NCBI GenBank assembly: GCA_004431415.1
Contig: QPMI01000564.1
Location: 208,570 to 272,569, forward strand
DNA length: 64,000 bases
DNA from: Cyanophora paradoxa CCMP329
Taxonomy: Eukaryota; Plantae; Glaucophyta
Reading direction: 5' to 3'
Shown: piece after piece, positions 1 to 10,775 of the stretch
Layout: each line of letters starts with the position of its first letter
How positions within the stretch are numbered: the first letter of the stretch is position 1
Notes under the pieces: generated by a model
Databases searched by the model: none
Seen by the model: only the letters and a program-made list of their open reading frames with translations
What the model was told of the DNA's origin: nothing
Position numbers and translations under genes: made by a program

Positions 1-90
1 CATATTCAGTAAGGACCTCTTTTATAATGAAAAACTCAGTCATAATCTTATCTATGTATTTCTAATTAAATGAATAAATGATTTAATCGA

Positions 91-181
91 GTGTCACAGG
101 TGTCACAGGTCCATCCCAAACTTTTGGAAATTTACTCTTTATAGGAGAAACTTTGGGATAAACCTGTGACACCTGTGACAC
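91..181. repeat. Hairpin/inverted repeat with ~30-bp imperfect stem (GTGTCACAG x2)
   Basis: 91-110 gtgtcacaggtgtcacaggt is the exact reverse complement of 162-181; atcccaaa/tttgggat extends the stem. Confidence 0.9.
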
Positions 182-276
182 ATACCATATTCAGTAAGGA
201 CCTCATATATTGTTAAAATCTCAGTGTTAGTTGGTGTAGTTGATTCAAAAAATGCATTTATACTCTGATTCATTGT

Positions 277-440
277 TATTTCCTGTGAAATTTGAGTCAA
301 CTCAACCCACTTAGTCAACCCTTGCATTGAATTCGTAACAAAATCCATATACTATTACTACTTTTACGATTAATATGAGTCAACCTTGAGTCCACTTAAA
401 TATAAATATAATATAATAGGGGGAATCAAGGGCAGATGCT
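277..440 (+). repeat. ~164-bp direct repeat, copy 1 (copy 2 at 42970-43133)
   Basis: tatttcctgtgaaatttgagtcaac...gggaatcaaggg.agatgct is near-identical at both positions. Confidence 0.95.
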
Positions 441-704
441 TATAAACATATGATTTATTGAGCCTATGATACTTACATAGTCACGCTGGTCTCGTTAAGA
501 GGATTCCGAATCTGTTTTTATCTTTGTAAGATGATGAGTTGGTGAAGAGATACATGCATTTTAGTGTTTTGTATGGGATTTCATGCTATGACGTCATAAT
601 GACGATGCATATGTATATGATATATATGACATACCACGTGACTCGGGAGATCATGACGATCACGGCGATATGCTCATTGTCATGGTGTCATCTTTTTTCT
701 TTTT

Positions 705-1170
705 CGACCAATCAGCTATCGATGACTCTTCTGTGGCTCATCGGTGGCTCATCGATAGATCAATGTGTCTTATGACATCATCGGTGGCTCATCGATAGAA
801 CAATGGGTCGTATCATATCATCGATGGATCAATGCGTCTTATCACATCATCGGTGGATCAATGGTGCATGTTAATGTGACATCGATAGATGAATGGTTCT
901 TATAGGTGTGACATCGATAGATCAATGGTTCACTTCGGTGTGACATCGATAGATCAATGATTCATTTCGGTGTGACATCGATAGATCAATGGTTCACATT
1001 GATGTGACATCGATAATCAATGGTTCAGATACATGTGACATCGATAGATCAATGGGTGTCATTGATTCATGGTGCCATGTATGGTGCCATCGATGGTGCC
1101 ATCGATGGTGCGACATCAATGGCGCCATCGATGGTGCGACATCAATGGCGCCATCGATGGCGTTTCGATA
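705..1170. repeat. Degenerate tandem repeats rich in ATCGAT (~31-bp gtgacatcgatagatcaatggtt units, then shorter tggtgccatcga units)
   Basis: Repeats visible directly; the overlapping ORFs are low-complexity artefacts. Confidence 0.85.
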
Positions 1171-1367
1171 AGTTTCGCCGAAGTTTCGGTGTTTCGCTTG
1201 TCGGCATCTTCAAATGCTTGTATCTCATCACCAGATTGTCTAATTGCAACGTTCTGCATAGCGTTGTGAAGCGCTTGAAAAGATCTACAAGCTGATGTGT
1301 ATATCATATGCATATATGTATATCAGCCATACATATATTTGGAAAAAACTAGTTTTCGGCTATGAAA

Positions 1368-2635
1368 CTAGCTAGTTTTGGTCCTTTCTCTTAGTGTTCT
1401 TTGAGGTTTAGGGGCTGTATATGACTCCTTAGTAGTCTGAAAGTCATTATACCATCTCTGGCTATTCACTTCTGAAAGTTTCTGTGTTCCTGCTATGGTG
1501 AGCTTTTTGAGTTCCCTATTAACCTTGCCAGTCTTCTCCTTTCTAGCCTCTATCAAAGGCTTATCTGGGACTTCATTAGCAGCCTCAATGCCCTCTCTCC
1601 TTATAGCAGCATCAACCCTGGCTTCTTCTTTGGCTTGCTCTAAGGCATCTACTGTAGGGGTTTCCAGATACTCAACTGCATTCACAGGCAACAACTCATG
1701 GAAAGCAAACCTGTTATCTATGATCTCACCAGTGGGACTCCTTAGCTTAAATTTAAAGCCTTCCCTACTATCAACAGTGTAAACCATCCTAGACCAATTG
1801 TTACCCTGTTTAGCAAAGGGGTTCTTCTCAACTTTCACTCTAACAAACATGCCAGGTTGCATGGTATCAAGATAAGCTATTGATTTCTTGAATCTCTCAT
1901 CTTCTAATCCCACTATATACCTATAATGCTCCTCTGTAGTTTCGCCTGGCTTCATCTTAGTAGCTGAGTGAACTGTATTATTGTAATTATACTCAATATC
2001 ACCTAACACATCAAAAATCTAGCTGTGTTATTAGCTATGCAGTAGTTTGTGATCAGTCTCTTAATCTGCTTGTTAAAGGCTTCAATTCGACCTTGGCTTC
2101 TGTGGTCAGCAGTTCCACTCACTTGGTGTTCTATGAATTTACTAGATAAATACTCCTGGAATATTCGATTTTGGAACTCACTTCCAGCATCTGATTGAAC
2201 CTTTACTATTGGTCTTGCCACTCTCATCTCAAGCTGTTTAAATGCAGCCAATGTAGTGAGAGCTGATTTATCCCTTATAGGTATAATATACCCAGTTCTC
2301 AGTGTGGATTCCATAGCAGTCATAAAGGTATCATAGCCATTGTTTTGTTTCTTATAAGCTGGGAAAAAGAGCAAATCAATTACATAGGTATCAAGGGGTT
2401 GTCTGATTGGGACCATGGGATCTCTCTTTCTAGATATAGCAGGTGCATTGATCTGAACAACTTCTTGTTTTTTATAGAACTCTTGCAATTGCTTATAGGA
2501 CTCATCTGGTAACTCAGCCCTCATAGCTTGAAGCCCTTTGTAACCAGTTCTCACATCATAGAATCTTTTGGCAATCTTGCTGGTTTCTTTCACTGCAATG
2601 GCAACTGGGATCTCTACAGGGACAAGCTCTTTCAT
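1368..2635 (-). CDS. Retroviral-type (rve) DDE integrase of Polinton type, frameshifted near 2005
   Basis: YVIDLL, VQSDAGSEF and RIEAFNKQIK (D, D, E) in 2003..2635; YNNTVHSATKMKP and KNPFAKQGNNWS in 1368..2009. Confidence 0.9.
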
Positions 2636-2754
2636 CTCTGACTTTTTAACAATTCGAGATTCCCCTTTTCCTCCTTTGGAACTGTGATAGGCAGTAGGTT
2701 ACCTTGCAGTTGGTCAGTGGTTCTCCTAACTATTCTTCCAGTTGCTGGCATCTC

Positions 2755-5750
2755 TTAATTAAAAGGAACAGAATTAATACCATCTGGTAAGATGTATCTC
2801 TTTGCATCAAAGCAGTTTAGGGCAACCCTTCTACTCACAGTATCTATTATTGTGTGGTCTGCCCTTCTTTTCTGCTTTGCAGTCACAGTCTTGCTGATAC
2901 CTGCAAATAAACACTGCTTAAAATCATTAAATTGGAGTTCCTCAGTGGAAGTCCCAGAGAGCTTACTTCTCTCAATCTCAGCAGTTCTGAAACTGTAAAC
3001 TTTGGCTCTTAGACCCACATACTCCAATAAAGCAGAACCTGGCATCTCATTTTTGTATTTACCTGGGGTCATTCTGGAATCACCTCCAAGGTCTAATGCA
3101 TAGGATATATTCTCTATATCTTTTTGTAGGGTCTTAGATTCGATATATAGACAAAAGGAATCAGTATCATGGAACAGTAATTTGGCTTTGGACCATTGGG
3201 ACCTTATAGTATCATAGAAGAACTGGTAATTATGCAGTTTGGCTGCATCCAAAACATAAGCCCCAATTGCAACAGGCTTATCTAGTTTCACATGCTTTGT
3301 GTAAAACTCAAAGGCAACTGCTTTTTCGTTTATGGGGCTTGTTGATTTCACCAATGGAGAGGCTGCATATTTCATAAATAGCTTTTCACTGTTTGCAATC
3401 TTAACCACAGATCTACCTCTACATGATTCAATGCATTTCCCATAGATTGAATTATTCATCAGTTTATAGAAATCAGCCTCGAATTTATTCACTGCTTTCC
3501 TTCTCATCTCAGTGTTCAGCTCAATATAAGATTTCATTACAGGAGCCACAGTAAATGATAGGACCCTGTGAACCTTCTTTAATTTCACCCCTTTGTCCAA
3601 CAGATACTGTAGGAGAGGCTCAGAAATCACATAGTTTGCCACAGAACCAAAGGTTGCAGTTAGCTTTGGGGTTTTATCAAGCTCTTCTCCTGAGAGATCT
3701 AATAGGCTCTTTTGATATTGTGATAATTCCGCATATTCTACTATTTTCTTGTTAATAATTAGGGGGAAATCACTGTGATCTAGAAACAGCCTAATTGGGT
3801 AATCCAGATCAACTTCTAGGAAACTGGATCTGTTATCTTGTGGGTTGAATTCGGTCTCCCATCTAAAATCACCAACTGGAATTGGCTGACTCAAACAGTA
3901 GCCATACAAGTTGTTAGCATCAAACAGCATAATGTGGGAGTTTTCACCATCAGCCTCAGCATACCTACAAGGCATTGTTGCAAAGCCACCCCTGATTCCC
4001 CTCTCAACAAATTCGTATTGCTCTACATCACTTATAAGCTCTATTTTTGCCTTGGTGGTCCTAAGCATAGCATCCCAAGATAACCCAGGGGCAGATACAT
4101 AATGAACTGGGTCAAGTCCATATACTGAGTGTGAAAGCCTTCTGAAGGCTTGGAATTTGTTCATTAACTCATCTACATCAGCAGCTCCAAAATCCATGAA
4201 ATTACTTGCATCAATGAACTTGTAAAGACCCCATTGCAATGAAAGGTATTGATCAAAGTTTTTCGAAAGGATTTCGATTCGCTTTTTATCTCCCAAACCT
4301 GCTATTTTTCTGAAATGAATGACCCACAGTCATCCATTTGGTCAACAACCACTGCTACTTTGGTTTGCTTTGAGATTCTCCTATGGAGATTGCAGTTTCT
4401 GCAAGCAGGAGCAATGTACTGACCTGTGTGGTGATCATGATCTCTGCATTTAAAGTTCTCCTTAGTGAATCTCTCACTGCAAAGGTAACAGTTTTTGGTA
4501 GCTCTGTAAATTGCTTTCTGCTCATCTGTGAGTTCATTCATAGGAATATTGGTGAACAGGAAATCGATTAGTTCTCTAGCTTTGGACTCCAAGCATTCAA
4601 ACAGACCTCCCATTGGATCCTGCCCCTCAAAACGAAAATCTTGAACATCTGCCCCAGTGACTACTCTGAGGTTGACTGCTGAGACTTCCCTCTTGGATTT
4701 CGATGCATCAATGGGGATGCTTCTATGTTCAATCTTGCAGTAGACCACAACAGGAAGCCATACAGTTTTCCTAAGGTTTTTGAGTCCAAACTCTATGGTG
4801 GTCTCAGGTTTTGGTGTGATTCCCTTTGAGAGTCTCCAATCAATGCATCTGTTTGAGTCCACATGAGCAGTGAGTTTAGCCTCAGACCTAAATCGAGATA
4901 AGCATGTGTCACAGTAGTGTAACTTTTGATCCTTGGTTTTATCAAGGGCAACTCTGAGAAGTCTTGAGAGTGACATAATAGTAATATAGTGACCATTCCC
5001 TTCATCATCATGAATGAGCATGAGATTAATCTTTTGCTTTCTGCCTGGGTTGCTGGATTGATGCAGGGGATAAATAACCTCTCCATCGATTCCAAATATA
5101 TTAATGCTAATGCCTGCATTTTGAGCCTCGAATTTATCAATTATTTCAGCATCACAGGCAACAGGGAATGGGATATTGTCGAAATTGAGAGCCAAAGGAT
5201 TGTATGTGGTTGGTGAGTATTTCCATTTGCGATATTGTGTAAGCTCACTTCTCTTGTGGGAATTTACATCTTTCCTATGGATCCATGCCAAAATGGCATT
5301 TTCAAAGCAAGAATCATCAATATTTCGAATATTCACTGTGGCTTTCTTAGCTGCAATTGATTCTGGTGTTTTAACATAGCAGCCACCAGTTGGGGCATAA
5401 CTCATAATAGCAACTCTTAGCATTTCGATTCTTTCAAGTCGATAGCTGTCAACCACATTCATCTGCTCCTGACACATTTGGGCTGCTTTATTCAGCTCAG
5501 TTCGAATATTTCTCGATTTGGTTAATACAAAATAATCGCTGTAAATGTATTTCGATATCCAAACCTGCGGATTGCTGACTTTAACGAACTTGCAGATAAA
5601 CGACAAGCGAACCTTGATTGCCCTGAATTGATCCAGACTATCCCTTAAACGTTTTGGTAGAGAGGTTGCAATTCTATCTAAATATTCAATCACATCTACA
5701 ACAACTTCCCTTCTGGCTCTGTATGTGAGCCAGCGATATAATTCATTCAT
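2755..5750 (-). CDS. Protein-primed family B DNA polymerase (Polinton type) with EndoVII-like zinc domain, frameshifted near 4300
   Basis: DANNLYG, KLMNNSIYGK, HDTDS and RAKVY polymerase motifs; GLDPVHYVSAPGLSWDAML; CYLC...CRDHDHHTGQYIAPACRNCN. Confidence 0.93.
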
Positions 5751-6063
5751 GGCTGTGCCATCTTCTGCCTCTGGTTCTATTTGCCTCAGGCGATCGAGTT
5801 CATCAAGAGTTTCAACTTTATCATAGAGGTTATTGGCTTTCTGGTTAATTTTGCTAAAGTGGGTCTGCCCCTTGAAATAAATCCGATTTCCCGGTCATAT
5901 TCAGCCTCTGTGATTTCATGGGCTGCATACAGTGTTCCCAGTAATCCCATAAGTTCCCATTTCTTCTCTCTAATGAGTCTGTTGCTAATTCGGGCATAGT
6001 TCCTAACTTGTTCCTACTAAAAGGGAGGTTTTAAATGGGGAATTCTGAACACAAAATTTGATG

Positions 6064-6100
6064 AAACTACTTAAAGAAATATCTTCTATATATATAAAAG
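6064..6100 (+). promoter_or_regulatory. Repeated AT-rich promoter-like motif (other copies at 7384-7420 and, degenerate, 6931-6958)
   Basis: aaactacttaaagaaa(t/a)atcttctatatatataaaag lies just upstream of the ATGs at 6105 and 7439; a shorter version precedes 6974. Confidence 0.7.
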
Positions 6101-6104
6101 GACA

Positions 6105-6917
6105 ATGGCAGAGAAGAAATCGTATTGCCTGGAAAAGCTCAAAGCGGCTTTAATGTTGCTTTGTGGATCTGATAACTTCAATGATTATGTTGCTCTTGGA
6201 AGTAACAGGAAACCGCTCCCTCTTTGGGCAAAGCTTGCAAAATATGGATTAAGTGACTATGACCTGCCTCCAGAGTCTGAGCATTGCGCCTGTGATCATC
6301 CAATTAAAGAGCAATGCTATATTCTGCATGTTAATAAAAAGATTGTGGTCATTGTTGGGAATTGCTGCATTTTACGATTTATTCCAAAGGTGCCAGAGGT
6401 CAAGATATATGTGAAAGATGTGGAGATCGGCATAAAACCGAAAGGATAATTTCTGTAATAAGTGCAGAATCGCTTTAAAGCAAGAAGAACTGGAAAGAAA
6501 AAGAGAACTTGAAAACAAGAGGAAGCTCGAAAGAGGCAGCTTGAATTAGAAGAAAGAGAGCGAAAACAGAGAGAATTAGAACAAGAAAGAGCAAGGAATA
6601 AACATGCAGTTAACCTTTTCCTGATTTGGAGCAACCAGTTTATTCCGAAAATGGATAATCTTCGCAGAGATGATATAGAGAGGTTCAGAGAGGGCAGATC
6701 TGCATTGATTGAAATGTATGCAGAACTCAGTACAACAAATACATTGGTTGCTGGGTTTCAGGTGCCTTATCTTAAAAAAGATATCGCAAAAGGATTAGAT
6801 TGCAGATGGAATAAGGACAAGAAAACATGGGAGACCTTGGAAATCGAACCATTTGTAGCATTGCTAGGTAAGCATTTCAAACTTATGTATATTGAGCGAT
6901 TTGGACAAAGAGGGTAG
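6105..6917 (+). CDS. Cys-rich zinc-binding viral protein, probably one frameshifted gene (6105..6449 continuing to 6917)
   Basis: CACDHPIKEQCYI...VGNCCI; an alternative frame gives CERCGDRHK...DNFCNKCR followed by coiled coil. Confidence 0.55.
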
Positions 6918-6973
6918 AGAACAAAAAATGATTTAAAGAATTCTCTATATATATTAAGAGAGACAGAGGAAAA

Positions 6974-7228
6974 ATGCCACTCAGTGAAGCCCAGAAGAGA
7001 GCTATGAAGAGATACCAGCAAACTGAAAAAGGTAAGGCTCAAATAAAAAAGTTTAACGAAAAAATAGCCACACAGCTTAGAGATCTATATAACACTGATG
7101 ATACTTATAGAGCCATGAAAATAGCAAGTTCATGTCAGCGAAAGTATGCAGCCAATGCAGTCTGCTTTGTCAAGTATTTGTATGATGTCCCTTACTCAAA
7201 TCGAGGGAGAAAATTGAAACATGTCTAA
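6974..7228 (+). CDS. Small basic protein (SEAQKRAMKRYQ type), putative DNA-binding
   Basis: ORF downstream of the promoter motif; N-terminal SEAQKRA..RY motif is common in small viral proteins. Confidence 0.55.
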   Translation: MPLSEAQKRAMKRYQQTEKGKAQIKKFNEKIATQLRDLYNTDDTYRAMKIASSCQRKYAANAVCFVKYLYDVPYSNRGRKLKHV

Positions 7229-7438
7229 ATTATTTTTCCCAGCATATTACTAGGCTGGGATATGCTGTTTATTCGCTGAAATACTACTTTATCGTTTTTG
7301 TATCTGAACCACTCGATATATCATGTGGATAAATTTCGTAGGGATACTTTCTCGATTTCCAACAAAAAATGATTGGGGACCCAAAACTACTTAAAGAAAA
7401 ATCTTCTATATATATAAAAGGGACCCCGATCGCTGAAA

Positions 7439-8707
7439 ATGAACGCCAAACAGACCAAGTTAATTAAATCGCTCGCTAACTGGCTTCGTTCTGATGAGGA
7501 ACTTGCCAAAAACATGATTATCCAGTGAAACCTGACAGCAAAGACCCAGTTTTCAAGCATAAGGGAGGTGCTTGGTCCTGGAAAAGTATGAGGAAGCGCT
7601 GGCAACTAATCAGTATGTATCTTGGGCATTCTGCTCTCAGACAACATGATGGTTATTGACTTTGATGATGAGGAGGACTTTGAGAAATTCCGAGATATGT
7701 TTCCTGATGACTTTGATGCCAATCAACCCATGGCAAAAACTAAAAAAGGCTATCATGTCTACTTTAAACGACCTGAGGAGTTCAATAAACTCAAAATCAC
7801 CGATAAGGCTCCAGGCTTTAAAGGCTTTGAAAAGGTTGACCTGAAAACAATCACTGGAACTGGAACTTCTGGATTGATCAATGTTTGTCCTAGTGTGAAC
7901 AAGACTTGGGTGATTGCCCCATGGGATGATACCTGTGATTTCAATGAGCCTACTGATGAGTTCAAAAAGTGGATTATAGACAACTATATCTATAAGAGTG
8001 AGTATACTGCTAATGCTACCTCACATGATGAATTGGAAAAGAGTATTATGAAAGAGCTGGTGGATATGGGCTTTATGCATCCCAATATAATCTCTAAAAC
8101 TGAACTGGGCTTTAACTTTGATGCTGCTAATAAGGGACTCAATTGCCCATGCTGCAATGGGTCACATGAATCGAATAACTGGTATGTTATGAAAGCCAAA
8201 GGGGAAGATAAAAAGTATATTGTGTCCAGCTACAGTGGCAATTGCAAAAAACGATTTATCTTCATTGGAATGCAATCTGATATCTTCAATCTCATTGATA
8301 AATCCGCTGGCTCTGGAGGCGCTCATTATGATGTCAGTCTTGTGTGCAAAGAGGTCCTACAACACACTTGGAGATACTCCAAAAAGTCATGGTTCAAACT
8401 CAATACTGATACTGGGATTTGGGAGCATGATGACACAAACCAAAAGATTTACCTAGATATTAGTTGCCTTGTTGTCCCTCAATACCTTGGCAGGGCTGTG
8501 CATTATAGCCAAAGAGCTTTGAAGGATGAAGAGAATAGAACAGCTTTCGAAGAGAAATCAAAAACATTAATTTCTATTGCCAAAAATCTTAAACAATCAG
8601 GATATCGCAAATCCCTTCTGACTGATCTGCTCCCTCTGCTAAATGATGATGAATTCTATGAAAAGATTGATCTCGAGCTTGCCCCTTCGCTGTCAATGCA
8701 TTGTTAA
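7439..8707 (+). pseudogene. Bifunctional Prim-Pol primase with zinc finger and D5_N-like region; helicase domain removed by the insertion at ~8672
   Basis: MVIDFD, KTKKGYHVYF, CPCCNGSHESN, WFKLNTDTGIW; ends at DDEFYEKID then runs into GC-rich sequence; frameshifted 5' part from ATG 7439. Confidence 0.8.
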
Positions 8708-8886
8708 CCCTCGGAGGTTCGATGAGTCACGCGTCACGGAGGTTTGGGTGTTATATTGCGATCAGGGACGCGCTGCACTAACAGGGGGGCTAGCACTAAC
8801 TGGCGCGGGGAGTAACACGTCCGACGTACCCCTCGGGGCCTCCGGCCTCTAACTATGCTCAGGCTCTAACTGAATGCTGTACCCCC

Positions 8887-9615
8887 TCACTGGCCGAAGT
8901 GCGACGGTCCCCAGTCGAGGTCGGGGTGGGGCCATGGGGGCCTCCGGCGGGGTACGATGCTCCCGCTTGCCAGTTCCATGTACTCCCCCACGGGGTTGTC
9001 TTCGTCTGCGAGGTCCTTATAGTTGCCCTTTACGAGATCCGCTGCCGCTTTGCGCCAGCGAACGGCCACGTTGTACGTGTTGTCGATGATGTTCTGCACC
9101 GTACCCTCCATAGGTGTTAGGGACGGTTTGTAGGTGAGATAGTCGTCCCTCTTGCGCAGGTTCAATTCCCTTTCGTAGTACTCCACTGCGCTTGGGAGGG
9201 CCCTGAGCTCCACCGCGTGCTCGCCCGGGTCCGACGAGCTAATGAGTCCGGAGCGCTGCAGTGCGTTCACAGCCGCCCGCAACACGATTTTGCCTACCCC
9301 CCGCATCGAATCCCTCTGCTCGGGCATCCCGTACTCCCCCTGCGGCCCGTAATCGTTGTAGTAGCTTTCTATTTCGACGGTGGCTGGCTTATTGCCGACC
9401 TGAGGCTTGACAGAGCCGTACACCCATGCCATAGCGTCATTGTCCGCTGAGCGGGCTTTCTTGGAAGGGGGCGGCAGCACTTCGATTTTGAACTCCCTGG
9501 TCCGTCGGTTGACGAGTGTTTTTAGATTGAGGGGGAGGCGCGTATCCCCGAATTTATCAGGAAAGAGGCGGTGTAGCTTAAACCACGCTTCCTGATCACC
9601 GTAGGTGTACGACAT
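8887..9615 (-). CDS. Putative GNAT-fold acetyltransferase
   Basis: MRGVGKIVLRAAV (motif A-like) and VELRALPSAVEYYERELNL (motif B-like); preceded by the AATTCTCAG viral motif. Confidence 0.5.
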   Translation of the reverse strand: MSYTYGDQEAWFKLHRLFPDKFGDTRLPLNLKTLVNRRTREFKIEVLPPPSKKARSADNDAMAWVYGSVKPQVGNKPATVEIESYYNDYGPQGEYGMPEQRDSMRGVGKIVLRAAVNALQRSGLISSSDPGEHAVELRALPSAVEYYERELNLRKRDDYLTYKPSLTPMEGTVQNIIDNTYNVAVRWRKAAADLVKGNYKDLADEDNPVGEYMELASGSIVPRRRPPWPHPDLDWGPSHFGQ

Positions 9616-9652
9616 TCGCTCGCGGCTCGCTGAGAATTTATACCTGTACCCC

Positions 9653-10228
9653 CTACTCGCGGTCGGGGTACCTGTCGCCGGGCATCAGCCTCGCGCGCTT
9701 GCGCAGCTCCGCCTCCCCGGGTAGCCAGTTCTTCGGGTCGTTGCTCCACTCCTCCCATTCGCGTATGTCCCGTCTGACGTCACGTGGGGCGGGGGCGTTT
9801 ATCGGTGGGGCGGGCGGGGCTGGCAGGGCCGGGGGCGGGGGGTTGAGGCCCCTGTCCCACGAGTACTCGGGGTATCTGTCCCATCCCAGGGGTACCAGAT
9901 TCATCGGAATCGGCTCAACTTCGAATTGGGGCTTTTTGGCGTGATACTCATAGTTCGTGACGTACGCCGCCACAGCCGAGCGCAGGCGCGAGAGGTCGCG
10001 CAAATTTACGTCGTCCCATTGCGAGTCCCTTGCCTTCGCGTACCACTCGAGGATTTGCATACGAATTTGGTCGGGGAGGGTCGAGAGTATGCTGAGCTTG
10101 GAGCCCAGGGCGAACCAGATACGCTTGAACTCGTCGATAATCCTGCCCTCGTCGTGGCTCCGAACGTAAAAGGCCCCGCCAGAGTTGTAATGCGTGTCTA
10201 GCCACCCTGCCCGGGCCAGCTCTAGCAC
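9653..10228 (-). CDS. Hypothetical viral protein, possibly 5'-truncated
   Basis: Protein-like composition; upstream end abuts the duplication scar at 10242. Confidence 0.5.
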   Translation of the reverse strand: MLELARAGWLDTHYNSGGAFYVRSHDEGRIIDEFKRIWFALGSKLSILSTLPDQIRMQILEWYAKARDSQWDDVNLRDLSRLRSAVAAYVTNYEYHAKKPQFEVEPIPMNLVPLGWDRYPEYSWDRGLNPPPPALPAPPAPPINAPAPRDVRRDIREWEEWSNDPKNWLPGEAELRKRARLMPGDRYPDRE

Positions 10229-10296
10229 CGGCCAGGGTTGGCGCTGTCGATTCGGTCGCGAGGCCGCTGTCGATTCGGTCGCGAGGCCGGTCGCGA

Positions 10297-10621
10297 TAGA
10301 ATTTTAGAGGTGAAATGCCCGTACAAGGGCGAACTTTATGATAGAGTTCCTACTTATTACATGCCCCAACTGCAAGGACTTCTGGACATCACGGGCCGCG
10401 AGTGGGCCGAACTTTTTTGCTTCACTCCTCTGCGCGTGCAAACGTGGTACGTCAGGCGCGACGAGAGGTACATCGAGCTCATGAGGAAGTGCTTACATCT
10501 ATTTTGGATGCACGTCAAGGAGGGTACGCCGCCCGAGCCCTACAGCGATCGAATGAAGTTAGAGAACCTCAGCGAGGAGCAGGCGGCGCTGCGTGAGTTT
10601 AAGTCGTACGCCCTCCTCTAG
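10297..10621 (+). pseudogene. C-terminal half of a YqaJ/lambda-exonuclease-like PD-(D/E)XK recombinase
   Basis: ILEVKCPY...VPTYYMPQLQGLLDITGREWAELF...FW; N-terminal half including the PD motif is missing. Confidence 0.8.
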
Positions 10622-10742
10622 TGTCCGGACCTTTCCAATACTCTATATGATTATTGGGAGGGTCCGGACACGTCTCTTGGTCAGACTACTTCTGTCCCAG
10701 GTCTTTGGAATCTTAATATAAATTTTCCGGGACCCGGGACAG
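10621..10742. terminator. Two adjacent hairpins between convergent genes
   Basis: 10621-10671 gtgtccggacc...ggtccggacac; 10692-10742 ctgtccc.ggtc...gacc.gggacag; AT-rich loops. Confidence 0.5.
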
Positions 10743-10775
10743 GGCTTGGTCGGACTCACCGTAGCTTGGTGTAGC

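Larger units (their letters stand above)
1..8671. mobile_element. Polinton/Maverick-like element (AT-rich), truncated on the right by the GC-rich viral insert; left end probably outside the window
   Basis: rve integrase, protein-primed PolB with EndoVII-like zinc domain and Prim-Pol/D5 primase lie together in AT-rich DNA; abrupt GC rise at ~8672. Confidence 0.85.

Noticed and set aside
705-1170. Regular repeats as a possible CRISPR array (also 12316-12905)
   Set aside because: Units are contiguous degenerate tandem repeats with no unique spacers, and there are no cas genes
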